DNA of 64,000 nt from Phoronis australis (Eukaryota > Animalia > Phoronida): NCBI GenBank assembly GCA_002633005.1, contig NMRA01000224.1:315072-379071 (forward strand), read 5' to 3'. Under the pieces are notes generated by a model, which was given only the letters and a program-made list of their open reading frames with translations, searched no databases and was not told the DNA's origin. Positions 1-13,900 of this stretch are shown here, in pieces. Numbering within the stretch: position 1 is the first letter of the stretch; the number at the start of each line of letters is the position of its first letter. The position numbers were made by a program, and so were the translations under genes.

Positions 1-1124
1 GAATGAGTTACGGAAAGCGAGAGAGTGAGAAACAGATGGATGTTCATGCTGGTAACGCTAATTTTGTAGGATCAAAAGCCTACACAATAGTATAAAATTC
101 TTCTACAATTGAGTAGTCTAAATCAGTTTATTTCTTGCCAGACTGAGCCCGGGATACGAGAACAGGGCTTCTGGACTTAGCGCTCAGAAGGATGACTTTT
201 TCACGACCAGTTGCCCTCAATAAAGGGTGCCTTGTCCGACAAAATTCCCGCGAAGAGGGTTAATTTTGGGAATTCGAAATTATACACTCGGCTTCTCAGC
301 CTCGATCGCTGATCTTGTTCACTTTACAAAAAATTAAGGTCACAAAATTTCATGTCCCGCGGTGACAGAAATCGTTTTAGTAAAGCCACCCTGAACATCG
401 CCCCCTCTTTGAGTTTACTTAAATGGGTGGGCATCCTAGTTGTGTAGCAGCACTCCAGTCAAGAAATTTAGTTGAATATCGGTCAGGCAGAAGGCTAGAG
501 TTCACTGCACTTTAGCTACCGTTTATCGTAACCTATGCCCTGCCGTACTCAGGCTAAAAATTATTTCACAAACGTGAGTTAATAGTTCATTATTGCTGCA
601 GACAATGATCGTTGCTTGTCACGGAGGGTTAAATTCAGCAACGTTTTACCCGTATGCACAAACACTTTACAGAGGGATTCCATACATTTTGTTGTAACCA
701 AATTCAATTCAACCAAGTGATAAGAATCCAATGACCCTACTTGGGAAGAGCAAATGCCCGCGAAGATGTTTGTAATTCGACACCAGAAAGCGGTTTACAG
801 CGGTTTGAACGAATGAAATGCCAGCTGCCATGGCAAAGGCAGTCAATCGTGGGGCGTCAGTCCGCCAGATAGCGCTCTTGTACTAGAAGCACCCTCTTTC
901 ATGACGGCCATTGTTATTGCTCCATAAGATTGTACTCTCACAATAAGCAAGTGTTTTGTTTGTTAAGTAGTTAGTTGACCTCTTCAACTTACTGGTGGGG
1001 CACTAATATGACAGAATGTGACCATCATACCATTCAGTTCACTAAATCAGACTCTGAAATTGCCAGTCACAGGTGATGAAATCCCACACAAAAGCTTATA
1101 ACACAACAAGTCGTGTGTAACAGT

Positions 1125-1130
1125 TTTATT
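1125..1130 (-). terminator. Candidate distal polyadenylation signal of sortilin
   Basis: AATAAA on the minus strand followed by TG/T-rich sequence; other minus-strand AATAAA hexamers lie near 4320 and 4417. Confidence 0.35.
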
Positions 1131-2596
1131 AGAAATAAATAACAGCAATAAAGTATACAAAAGCCGTCAGTGAAACCTCGCCTGCACACAGCATACATAC
1201 AGCAGACACAATAATACGGCCCGACTATAGAGACAAAGAATCACACCGTAATTATTAGTACAAGTGGAAAGATGAATGACTGTTGGAATTTAAAAACAGT
1301 AAAACCCCTAAAAATGACATAAGTAATGATAAAAGTATATCACAAACAGGTATGATCCCAATTAGAAAACCTTTAGTCAATCAATCATACCTAAATTCTA
1401 GCCATCAAAATCCAAGAGATATCACACGGTTTTACTGGAGTTCTGAACTAATTGCCGTATATTCAGAAGTGAAAATTTGCACCTGTTTTCATTTTCACTG
1501 AATGCACTGGTTCCCAACTGGCAGTGTGATGCAGAGGAATGAGAAAAAATTGCTCACAAACTCCTCCCCATCACCAGTCTCCCCATCAACAAAAACTTCA
1601 GCTGTGTGTTTTGCCCAGTAACTCAACCAGTAGGCCACAAACCAGCACTAACAGAAGTGGGGTAACATCCCCACAACACTTTGTATCACTCTTGCAAGAG
1701 TCCATGCTAGTCTATTTCGTCACCATGACGCCCACACCCAGCATGCATTATTATGCTTACATATCAACCCACACCACCATTACCCCAACACAAGACTGAG
1801 GCGATGTATTCCCCCAGACATTAACATTTATACAGCATTCCAAAGAAAACCCATCAGTACACTGAATGGAATTAAACAAAACGCTGTTCTAAAGCCCAGC
1901 TTCAAAATCCTGCTAATAGAATCCTACTCAACGTGGAATGAGCTCCAAACACAAAAATAAACAAGACTCAAGTCACAATGTTTTTCCCAACGACCACCCC
2001 TAATCAACCCCCAACTGTTACCATGACGATTTCAACCATAGACCAATAGTGATTATAACGTCAGTTAACTAAATAAGAGACAAAGCGTGTGACCTCTGTA
2101 TAAAAAAGACTTTTAAATCATTTAAACATATGTTTTGAAATTTACTAATGAAAATTGCTAATTGAAGTCACATTCCGGAACGTCTTGGGACAAACACTGC
2201 AAATTACGCCAGGAATGACAATGTAATTACTCCACAATATTTTCATAATTCCATGAAAGAAATATATATTATAGACATAAATGAAACAAACATAACCTTG
2301 AGTTGTCTAAAGGACATAATGCTGATGTCCTGTCACAATTCTGGAAGAAGCCAGTGGTCGTCATGAGAATCTTCATCACTCCAACATGTCCTGCAAGAAA
2401 AAACAAATAATGAAAGACCGGAATAACATAACGATGTACAGTACAGTCATGTACGTTTGGTGGACCCATCCACTAATAAGTGGAAAATTTTTCATAAATC
2501 TGCGCATTCACGATTATCTGTGGCTGCAGCCAAAAAGTGGCAGCCATCTTACCAATGATTACAACCTCACCATATGCCTGCATGTTGACCATTCTC

Positions 2597-2791
2597 CATT
2601 ATTGTCTCAATGGCACACATTCCAATAACTCACGGCAGTTAAGACACTATTGTCTCAATGGCACACATTCCAATAACTTACCACAGTTAAGACACTATTG
2701 TCTCAATGGCACACATTCCAATAACATACCACAGTTAAGACACTATTGTCTCAATGGCACACATTCCAATAACTTACCACAGTTAAGCACT
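2597..2791. repeat. Minisatellite, 48 bp x4
   Basis: Unit cactattgtctcaatggcacacattccaataacttaccacagttaaga; explains the 16-aa repeat in ORF 2537-2836. Confidence 0.95.
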
Positions 2792-3240
2792 GTGGCTGCC
2801 CATTACCATACTCAAAGCTGGACTCAAAAAAAATGAACCAATATTGCATCGCGTGTTTTGAATTACTGCAGTCAACTATTTTCCAGTTGAGTCTTGCACT
2901 GAGTATGTTAAGCTCTGGGCCAGGGGCAAAAGTGTTCCACAAAGCAGAAGCAGAGGTCAAGCATAGTATTGGGGGCATGTAGGAACAGAATAGCAATCTA
3001 CCTCATCACATGAACAGTAAACATTAACTATTTTGCTGAAGAGTAGAGCTTGTACCAAATTTTAGAAATAGGCAATAGTGGCGGTCACAACTTAAGTTTT
3101 ATGTTCAACGACATAAGATCACTCCCCTTGTTACACACAATGGAAACGCAGAACAAGAGCAACGCGGAGTGTTGAAATGCACCCACAAAGGCATCACAAA
3201 TGGTTAGCTTCTAGGGGTGTTAGTTGGTATCACAGAATTG

Positions 3241-3860
3241 GCCACTAGATGGTGCAAAATGAGACGAATCAATCCGCAAACGGGAAATTGTCATTGCTTT
3301 TTAAATAGAAAGCTATTTTACCAAATGTCATAAAAATCCGTCGAGGAAAATTGCCACTAGAAGGTTATGGGCTAAAAAAACAACATCACTGCTCCTAGGA
3401 GGCACAACATTAGTTGAAGTCTTCGGAAAATCATCGTCAACCGTCCTCTTCACACTAAGAAAATTTATGCCAATTTTCAAAATCATACTTATAGTGATTT
3501 GGTTGATAGAGGGCAGATGCATTAAAACAGACTACAAAACAGTAAAAATGGCCACTAGATTGCACATGAAAACAGCAACATAACATCGTTTCAATAGAAA
3601 GCTATTTACCAGATTTCATAAATATCCGTCAAGGAGCTTGAATTAGAGGAAAAAGGAGGAAAACGGAAAAAAATTAAATTGCCTCTAGGGGGCACAGCGT
3701 TTGCCGGATTCGTCTGAAAATCATTGTTGTCAACTTCATATACACATAAGTTTGGGAGATACAACCAAAACAATACTGCCACTAGGAGGCGCCACAGTAG
3801 TTGAAGTCATCGGAAATTCATTGACAGCTGTCTTCTTCACAGTATATATGCAAATTGATA
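3241..3860. repeat. Degenerate local duplication carrying CTCF-like motifs
   Basis: aatagaaagctattt(t)acca...atccgtc near 3304 and 3593; tagttgaagtc.tcggaaa near 3411 and 3798; repeated GCCACTAGRDGG cores. Confidence 0.7.
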
Positions 3861-4978
3861 AAGGTTTCGAAGTAACGAACAATGACGATTTACACCCCCA
3901 CAGTCACTGCACCCACCGCCATCTATGTGTGAATTGAAAAGCGATTGCTGATGCCGTCCTGCTGTAATACAGGGACAACAAACCTTCAAGTGAATGCAGC
4001 GATTGGTCAAAAAACACTCACCACATCGGAGTCGTCATGGTAACTTTTCACTTTTTTAACTGGTTGCAACGTGGTCGACACACTACTGCTACTTTTCGAG
4101 CCATAGTTGACTTTTCGTTTCCCAAGAGTTTCCTGTTGCCAACGCAATTACAGATTAATAAACAAAGTTTACGGATTAATAAGCAAACAGTGATTGCAAG
4201 GTTAATTGAGGCAAAAGGGAAAATTACAGTTATTTGCAAGAGCTACTCTTTAATAAGACAGAGATAAAAAGAGTCACTAATGCACGCATATGAGTTACAT
4301 GTATTGCAAGGCAGAATTTTTATTAAGTAATGTTGACGGTCCTCTCTGTTGACACACACAGGAAAAGTTTAGTGCACGGCAAGGACAACCCTCAGGGTGA
4401 TGATACCAGAGGACTGGTTTATTTCATTTTGTGCGACAGTGACGAATGTATGAACATTCATATATTATTGACACGGTATAGCTCCTAAGAAAGTGCATGA
4501 CGCAGCATTACAGGGCTAATGCCAGTAGTTTGAACTCTGATGTGTTTGATTCCATTAGTCACATGGGATACTCATTCGAGAAAGTGGACTTCAGGGTCAC
4601 AGGAAGGGAATTCTTGGTTTGAGCAAGGCATAAGAGAGGCTGTTTGAGTGAAAGCCAAGAACCCTCTCTGAATAGACACCAGGGGTCAAATTACCAGGGG
4701 TCAAATTTAAATAGTCCGTCTGACTTGTGCTCCCAGACCTTGCATTTGTTGTCTATGAACAATGGCAGAAGGTGATTAGAAAACTTTTAGCTGGAACTAG
4801 TCAGTCATCAACTGCCAGCAGGAGCCAGGTGGCTACACAACATTGGGAAAACTATTTGACTGTAAGTTGTGACTTAGGTTTTTGGCCCTTAGTTTTTTAC
4901 CCGGATGAAAGACAGTGCCTATTATTTATAGGACATGGTTGCACACCAAAAATATGTTCACAGATTAGAAGGTACATG

Positions 4979-4999
4979 TCATAGCTTTAGTATTTTGGT
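4979..4999 (-). CDS. SORT1: Sortilin last coding exon (TKILKL-stop)
   Basis: tttttaacag|ACC AAA ATA CTA AAG CTA TGA; completes a DxxLL-like motif, DTKIL. Confidence 0.7.
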   Translation of the reverse strand, partial: TKILKL

Positions 5000-7900
5000 C
5001 TGTTAAAAAATATTTGCAGGCGGTCTGGTACATGTTGCACCAGACGGGGCTCATTATACGAACGAATCACCTGGAACCATTTTTATACTTTACTAATATA
5101 GGTAAAATAAAGCTGAGGAGTTAGAGACCTGACTGAAGGGTCTGGCAGTGTGCCCTTGCGGGACTCGAACCCACGGCCTTGAGTACAGGAAGCGGACACA
5201 TATCCCACACAGTCTCTTTCTCTCAGTCTGTTATATAAATATTTCAAGTTCACCAAATACTTATCAAATCACAATGAAACATGTAGGGAGATTTTGGCAA
5301 AATAATATGCGCGTATGCGTTTGTGTGTGTGTGTGAGTGCTTGTGGACAGGAACATTTTGTTGCAAACTGCATTGTCAAAAAAAAACTTTTGATAATTGT
5401 GATAACATCGCTCTCCATCTAACTTGCGGGCACAGTTTACTCACGTCGTCTGAAGTATCCTCGTAGATTGTAGCGTGCTCAACTAGGGCATTCTCAAAGT
5501 CGTTGTCATAATCAAACTCGTCCGACTGCGACAGCGATGAGTAGCGGTAGGTTATGTGCCTTCAACCAACAGAGGTCAATGTCAACATATGTTTAAACAA
5601 TTCTTGACACAGAGAAAACGGAAGATTCTGAGAACTGTTCACAAATAATTTGCGCAGACACATACAGAAGGAATGCAGACAAAGGCAGACAAATTTTCTA
5701 ACCACTGAAACGTGATATCGGTCACGGATGAGGATCGCACTCAGAATATGTCAAAAAATTGCTGAGACCATTTTCCATGAGAGATCAAAAGTTTTAAAGG
5801 CGACAAGATGCCGTTTGAAGGTAACTAACCATGAGTAGAATTTTGACACCTAGAGAGACATTTTTATAGACTCTCAGGAACTTAATAATTTAATTTCATT
5901 TAAATACGCGTGAGCATGCAGCCACCAGCCTCAGAAGATCTCACGCCTTCCAACACCACCAGATGGCAGGATTAAACTGCTTTGGTACAAAATGTAAAGC
6001 GACCAGAAACGTGCGCTCAACCTAGGAGAAAACTTTTTGATCGTGACCACTTACGACTATAAACTGGTCTCTTTTAATTCCTTTCTCAGGTGAAACGTGA
6101 TTTCTAGGTTTGCAAACAATGACAATTTCTTATTCTTTAAAACTATGCTTAGTGAATAAACCTACAAACTGTGACAATCCAACTTGTACAGCCTGGTTTC
6201 AACCAGTACCAGTCCTTTTGAAGCTCTGAAGTCACCTCCGATTTGACAAAGGAGCAATTTGAGACCAATTTCAAGACAGAAAGTGATCTAAATCAAAAGA
6301 CGATTTTTGTGATTGGAGGTCGCATTATAGGCGCTCCAAAGACGCCTATTGCGCATTAACACTTCAGAATACACACTGTCGTCATACCTCCTGTTCAAGT
6401 AAAACTTGCGACCAAGTAACACCAGCATGGCAAGTACAATTAGGACAACTATAATGACCACTGCTGTCACACCAGCACTTCCTCCTGTAGAGGGCGCCTT
6501 CGTATTGTTCACCTGAAACATACCATCCTTAACATTGGAACATGGGTAAATACTTCATAGACCATGCACCAGACCCCTTACCAGAATAACACGTTACACT
6601 TAAAACTTCTTGGAACAAAACAAGCAAAAGACAACTGTTTTAAGCTAATACATTCGTTTAGAAACCTTATTGTAATGGAGTTGCTCCGTCCAACAAGTTC
6701 CAGTATGAGAACCCGCACATTTCAACGGCACGACTCACCACAGCATCCTTCATCAACTCAGCCTTCACCAGTTCCTTGTCTTCACCACCACATTTCTTAC
6801 TCATGTCTATGTTCTTCACTGGCGGTGGATGGAAGCCTCCAGTACAACTATCTCCAGCTACTTTACGGTACCTGAACAACACAAAGAGGTAACACAAACT
6901 ATTTACATTAGTTCAGCCCAGCATAAATGGTCTGAGACTGTTACAAATGACACTCATGAGGTAATCTCTAAACTATCTTGAAATGTTTGCAAGAGCGCAC
7001 AGTTTCCTTGGGTCGAGTAGCAAGGCCTCGAGCTTGTCTTGGAGAACAGTGAGTCATATAGGGTTATATCCGTCAAGCCATTTTCGATTTAGTTTCTATA
7101 CATCAGAATGTGCGAGACAACTGGGAGTCAATTCTCCAATGGACTGACAACTAGAATTTCGACTGACAGGAGACAAAAATGATTATCAGTTGGTGTTAAT
7201 TTTAACTGAATTTTGCAAAACTTTGGCAAGTATAAAAGAATCAGTTCCAACTCCAAGTGAATTCTCCAACTTGTGCGTTTCTCACATAACTCAGTCAGTA
7301 GTGAAGCTCTCGCAGTCCAGGGAAGCTCTGGCTCATCCTTAGCAGACGGCACACAAAACAAAACAAGCATGTAAACACCTTTAACAAGTTTTGTTTTCAA
7401 TTGATGAACTACTTACGGGACATTACCAGTTTTATGACCAGAAAATGCATTTTTAGGATCACTATTCTTCGATTTGACAGATTTCTTGAAGTTATTAGCA
7501 TTGTTACCAGAGGGAAAAATCTGCTACGGTTGTTGCGATTTTATTACAGGACGCCAAACCTAGCTGTTGCCGAACCCACATTTGCTGTCACAAATGAATG
7601 CCTGTGACTTTACCAGTTAAATGTGTTTTGAATACTTGTTTAGCTCTGCCAGCGAAGCATTTGACTGCAACCACAGGGTTCCAGGTTCGACAATCCGCTG
7701 AAGGTAATCTTGGAAAATTACTTTTTCTTCCCAATAATTTCCCTTTAACTTCTACTCTATATGTATGCATATTCGCTAGCAAAATGAACGCCACTGAAAC
7801 GTGACTTGACAATACAATATCAAATTCATCCAAAAAAATAATCTACCGTAATTTATGATAAATTATCATCAGCCACAATAAGGCCATCTCGAATTATACA

Positions 7901-10900
7901 GTGACAATCTAATCTCGCTTTATTTACCCACAATGCCGTAAAAATCTGTCAGGCACATTTTCTGCCTGGTTTTTGTGCCATTGCAGATTCACATGTCATT
8001 TTTTGTGGTCTGATTCTTTACAAATTTTTCTCAGTTGCATTACTTGATTCGTCCACCCAATGCCAACGAAGTATTACAGCTGTGCTGTGGGCTGCAACTC
8101 TGATGTGAGAAAGTTTAATAAACTGGACAAATACTTGACTGTGAATGCGTGACGTGAAATTCTTCACCTTCCCGACATCAAGGAGACACGAAAATGTGCC
8201 TCATTTCCAAAACGACATCACGCGCTTTCTTATCTCCGGAGAGTTCTATTGCCGTGTAATCCGGTACGGCCCTATCGCCAACAGAGCACAGTAAGGTTGT
8301 GGGTAAGTACAAACCCCTAGAGTTCTATTGCCGTGTAATCCGGTACGGCCCTATCGCCAACAGAGCACAGTAAGGTTGTGGGTAAGTACAAACCCCTAGA
8401 GTTCTATTGCCGTGTAATCCGGTACGGCCCTATCGCCAACAGAGCACAGTAAGGTCGTGGGTAAGTACAAACCCCTTAGAGATGAGCTCCTCTACGTGGC
8501 CACCTTCACAGATGTTGAAGTCAGCGTGCTTGAACTCATGATCAAGGACACAGTCATCACTGCCTTCCGGTCGGTAGTAGCCATAGTCACTGAAACAACG
8601 GTAGTTATAAGACATCAAGTCACTGAAATAACAATAGTTGCAATACGATATCAAGTCACTGAAATGACTGACATACGGTAACTGAAACAGCACAATTACG
8701 AAGTCACTGAAATTACATAATTATGTAATCACTAAAATAAAACTTTAAATATTATTTAAAACTCTTTCAATGCAAAATTACATTATTAAGTAATCGCTAA
8801 AATAACAGCGATAACGCAGCCACTGAAACAAAAATTAATAACAAAGTAACTGAAATAACGTAAATAACATAGTAACGTAGTTATTGAAATAACAGTAATG
8901 GCATAGTCACTGAAAGATCAAGACTTAACATAGTTGTAGTCATGAAAATAACGCTGGTCAATCAGAGAAGTACACAGGAATTTTCTGAAACTGGTATGCC
9001 AGAACATCAGAACATTTGTGAGACTGACTGAACAGCTTTTACAACGGAACGTCACAATACAATTATCATACCTAAATATTTCTACAAGCCATTACGGTCT
9101 GTCAGTCACACTAGTATCAGGCGTAAGTCACAGGTTATGGGAGTGCACCCAGCAAGATTCAGTGCCATCATGGTCTGGTGACATCTAACGTCACTGACAA
9201 TGCGTGCTTCTAAGTCAACAGCTTCAATTTTAAGGTTACTTAGGCCCTTATCGAAGAGTGTGAACGTTTAACAAAATATCTACAAAGCTATAGAATTTAA
9301 CTCTTTAAGAGTATATATTAACTGAAACTACAAGTTTTGCCACAAATTAGGTCAAATGACCTTGTTCTTTTTAAGGAAAATTTAGCAAAAAAGAAACATT
9401 TGATTCATAGCAAAACAACACGGTCAATAACTAACAAAATTTCTTTTGATATAAATGTTCAAAATAATATCACAAAAATGCTGTTACAGTTTTCTAAATC
9501 ATCGTTTTGTTTCTCTTTCATGCAACGGAAAAAGTTTCCATGAAAATCATAGAAGTCCTAGTTTTTGATAAACCTCATGCAAAAGTGAAATATTTTAAAA
9601 ATTATCCCGAACAACGATTTGGAGAACAGTGTATATAGTATCTCAAAGTTTTATGCAAATAAGCCATTGCTGAAATACAATGTTCCAAAGTAGGTCAAAA
9701 CTGGACATTTTACCAGGGTCCCACATAACCTAAAACACCCGAGTTAGCGTAGTACAATATATCTCACCATTCATAATCCTCTCTACGACATGTACACGAC
9801 TTCTTGGTGGACTCAACTTCATGAGGGTAGCCATTGTGACACCTGCAAGGTCAAAGGTTAATAAGAATGGCGTAGATGTGTGACAGAGTTAAATAAATAC
9901 ACTAAGTGTAAAGCAGAGGTCAAGAACACAGTACAATCTGACTGCAAGGCTGTCATTGACTACGAAATGTTGCGTTTTTATGAATAAACCCGATGCTGAT
10001 GCACAGCTACTGTCAGTATGGACACTCAAAGTTCAACCATCACCAACCACTTTACAAAAGAGAACATCTGTAGTTATTAATGTGGCAACCTTAGCTACGA
10101 TTGGTATTTTTTATTCTAACTAGATGGATAATTATTTGTATCATATATGGCAATTTTTCTTCTTATTAGCAATTTAGATTTATTTACCAACAGTAATTTA
10201 TATTTTTTGAACGTACCAAGAGTCAACTTTGAGTCGCGTGTAAGTGACCCTAGCACCAAGGAGACAACCTTTGAAGTTTTCGTCTATACTGTTCAAGGTC
10301 AAGTGGGCCGTCCAAGACTGATAGTCTTCTGGTTGGCCTAGAAAAAACAGAAGTCATACATTCAGAACATGTCTCTTACACATACACTCCGAATTCACCA
10401 TTTATTTATACACACACATCAGTTTATGATGTGCTATGTGACTGACTTAATTTTTCAATCTCTCTCCTCTTCAGTCTGTTTATGACCGTCGAGAAGTCAA
10501 TGGCAATGACCCTCTACACCAGCACTACCTACACTGTCTGGGTATGACTGTCAAGAAGTCAATGACGGTGATCCTCCAGATATGGTCATAGGCACCATAA
10601 CCCCATATACTGACACTCATCGCCCGTCCCCCCGGCTCGGTCAGGAGTCCTGTGAAGATGATCGTCTCATTGGTGAACTTGTACTCATGCCAGCAACGGC
10701 CCTCGTCTGTGGAGAACTTGACTACCGTTGGAGTGTAGGTATCGGCAGGCACGGCCACCAGGAGGCCTCCGTGATCAGCGATCTGATAGTGATGGGGGCC
10801 CTTCAGTGCCTACAAGGAGTTGGCATGTAAGTATGGATAGTTTCGTTCCTCTACGTAACCATGTGAGGTGATCCGTGACCGGTTGCATGAAACAGTCCCA

Positions 10901-13900
10901 AATAGGGACTCAACTGAGCTCCCTAAAACTACTGCACATTTTTGGACTTGTGAAAACATCGATTGCCCTTTCTTGTATTGTTTTAGTTTCATTACTAAGT
11001 CAACTTTTGTCTTTGATACAAATCGAGAGTGAACTCTACGTAAAATTGTCAATATCATTGAAAATAAGTTGGGATCTTTTCATGCAACACCCAATTTAAA
11101 GACTAAGTCCCTATTAATTTCCAATGAACTCTGGGCCCAGTGTTTATTTATATTATCAGAAAATGTCATTGAACAAAGAGGAGCTCATAATAAAGAAGAA
11201 ATGATAGAAAAATATTGCATCTGTGAGTCCATAAGACACAGATACGCAAAAAAGACCTAGTTGAGTCCCTATTTGGGACTGTTTCATGCAACCGGCCACT
11301 AGAGTTTAGTGTAACCAAAACCACTGCTAGGCTTCACTACTTTTAAAACCTAGTCTCACAACCAGCAAGCTGGCCTTGAGAAATAACGGAAACTTTTCTC
11401 AATTTGTTATGTAACATCTTGTTTCTTGCCACGCAGTGATATAAATAATCTGATTAGTGTCGTGTCACAAAATTCAGTAGGAGACTTCATTTGGCAACTT
11501 AATGATTCAGAATTGTATAACTTGTTTGGCACCAGTTTTGCATTTGAAGTGTCAAATTGAAAGAAAACAATCAAAACACTCATGCAGTAACGAACTATTT
11601 CGTGTTCCATCAAACACTCAAAGTCTAGTAATGATTTTTGTTCATCTTTATCTCAAACTAAAATCTCTTCATCAACAATGCAATTTGAATATTCACTACG
11701 ATTACACTTTCAGTTATTCTGATTTCACATTATCTTTAACAACAAATCCCAAATCAGAGGAGATTCCTCTCATCCAGCCAAAACTGAAACAAGTCTACGA
11801 GAATGGTGAAATCTTGGGAATTAACTTTTTCGAAGCTGTTGAAAACCCTAATCAGACTGTACACTATAACCATGGTAAATTTTGCTTGTATTTCTGTTAC
11901 CTGTATCCAGGTGTAGCCTCCATCATTAGTCACATAAACATCTGGGTAAGAGGTCTGGAGAGCTTCAGCAATGTGACCTGGAGAAATATAATGTAGATTA
12001 TAAATATATCTGGACACAACTACTAGAAACAATGGTTACTGCAGACTGAGACACATTTCCCCTTTAATTACATTCCGTTACAAACAATGGTATTTAAAAA
12101 ACATCGTCATGGCAACAACACAGTAGGAAACGAGAAGAAAAGTAACACAAAATCAGACTTTAAAATTAGTGGGAAGTTTCTGCTCAGATATTTTGGCAAT
12201 TAATCATGAAAAGAAATTTCATCATATTTTTAAACTGATGCAAGCGACACTCGTTGAGTGTTCCACCAAGTCTAATAACCAAGTATTAGTCATCATCTTT
12301 CTGGGCTCACTTTCGTCGCCCTGAGACATACAGCCTTTGATAAAAACCTCAGTGAGTGTTATACACAGTGAAACAGGGTTTGCAACCGGTGTAAACACAC
12401 GTATAACATTAAAATTTTGGCAAGATTCAAAAAACTAACAACTTATGTATTACAATAAAATGTAGATGGCATTTAACATCTATCAGAGGAACTAACAGGG
12501 AGTACATACCATGAACGAGGACGATGCCCGGGGCAGTGGGTATACTTAATGGAGGTGACGATGGGATATGGCGTGAAACACTGTAGGCATTGTGGATTTG
12601 TAGGTTACAAGCCTGCAAAGATACCATGATAACAACAATGGTCACAGCAGCTGGGGTTAGACTACATACTTCATCCAGTCATATTCACCGACACGAGGCG
12701 AAACATTTACTCGAGATAACACCAGTAAGGCTAAACAGTTGTGCATTATAGCTGCAACATGACAAAACATGAGTTCATTATAAACGATGGATATTATTAT
12801 TCATACAGGTGAAAAAATAAGATTTTTGTGGGACATTAAAAGTCAGCAGTCCCCCAGTAGGAGCCATTCAGCACCTCAACATCGGAAAATGTGGTTTATA
12901 GTAAGTCCAATAGTCGTGATTTATAATTTTCTATTAGTTCACCATAGCTGTAGAAAGACCAAACATTAGGACATTATAACAACAGTATGGCTTGAAACAT
13001 TCGATCATAACAGCAGCAACGAGGTTAGACACTAGAAAAGCATTTTATTATACAAAAGGCAAGAACTCAAATGACCTTTGCCTCGTCCTTGCAAGCCACG
13101 CCCACTGGCCTTTTGATTGGCTTCCACTCTGCTCCCTTATCAAATGAGATGAGAGTGTGAATGCTCTTGTCCTCCATGATCTGGCTAGTGATGTAGACTC
13201 CAGACATTGACTCCACCCTATAGAAGTCAGTCACCTCCTCATGGTTTGGGTACAGGTGACGATCCAGGGACTCTGAGTAGACAATACCCTTGGTATCGGA
13301 CACGTACAGCTTCCCAAAACCAGTCTCTGGAACAAAATGGGATGTTCTGAGAAGTGCCACCCACGAGGTGCTACAAAATGGGATGTTCTGAGAGGTGCCA
13401 CCCACGGGCTGCTACAAACCTATCAAAAACTATCCCTTGTCTTGGCCAATCAAAAATAAAGAACGCATCTCAACACACTTTAACTGGATTTGAATCAATT
13501 CCTGGTTTAGGCAAGAATTGACAGTTACAGAAGTTTTTGAATTAACTCCGCACTTAAAAAAATCCCCAGTCAGGTCATGCCAAGTGGATGTGTCTCATCT
13601 TGAGCAATAGCAGACAGTTGGTCATTCCCAAGCTAATAAATATCATGTTTAATCTTAGTAAGAGAAAGCTAAGAGCAATTTTCTGAAGGTAAGTGTGTTA
13701 ATCCAAAGGTTACTTTTTGACAGAAGATGAGTTCACAGCACCTTTAAGCAACATGACACTAACGTTATTAGATTCCGTTCACATTATATTTCAACAGGGT
13801 ACACACTGTTCCAGCGTCCACTACCCAGTTGAAAGGTGTAACAAGCCCCAGACAGCATTTGTGGGTGCCAAGGTAACCAATGTCACAAATGAGTAAAATT

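Noticed and set aside
150-960. Possible SINE- or ncRNA-like sequence with a repeated cccgcgaaga motif
   Set aside because: Only a vague resemblance; no A/B boxes, second copy or boundaries could be established.
2537-2836. ORF with a 16-aa repeat (HYCLNGTHSNN)
   Set aside because: Translation of a 48-bp minisatellite lying antisense to the presumed sortilin 3' UTR.
11502-11996. 164-aa plus-strand ORF
   Set aside because: Antisense to sortilin exon 13 and its intron; no recognisable motifs.
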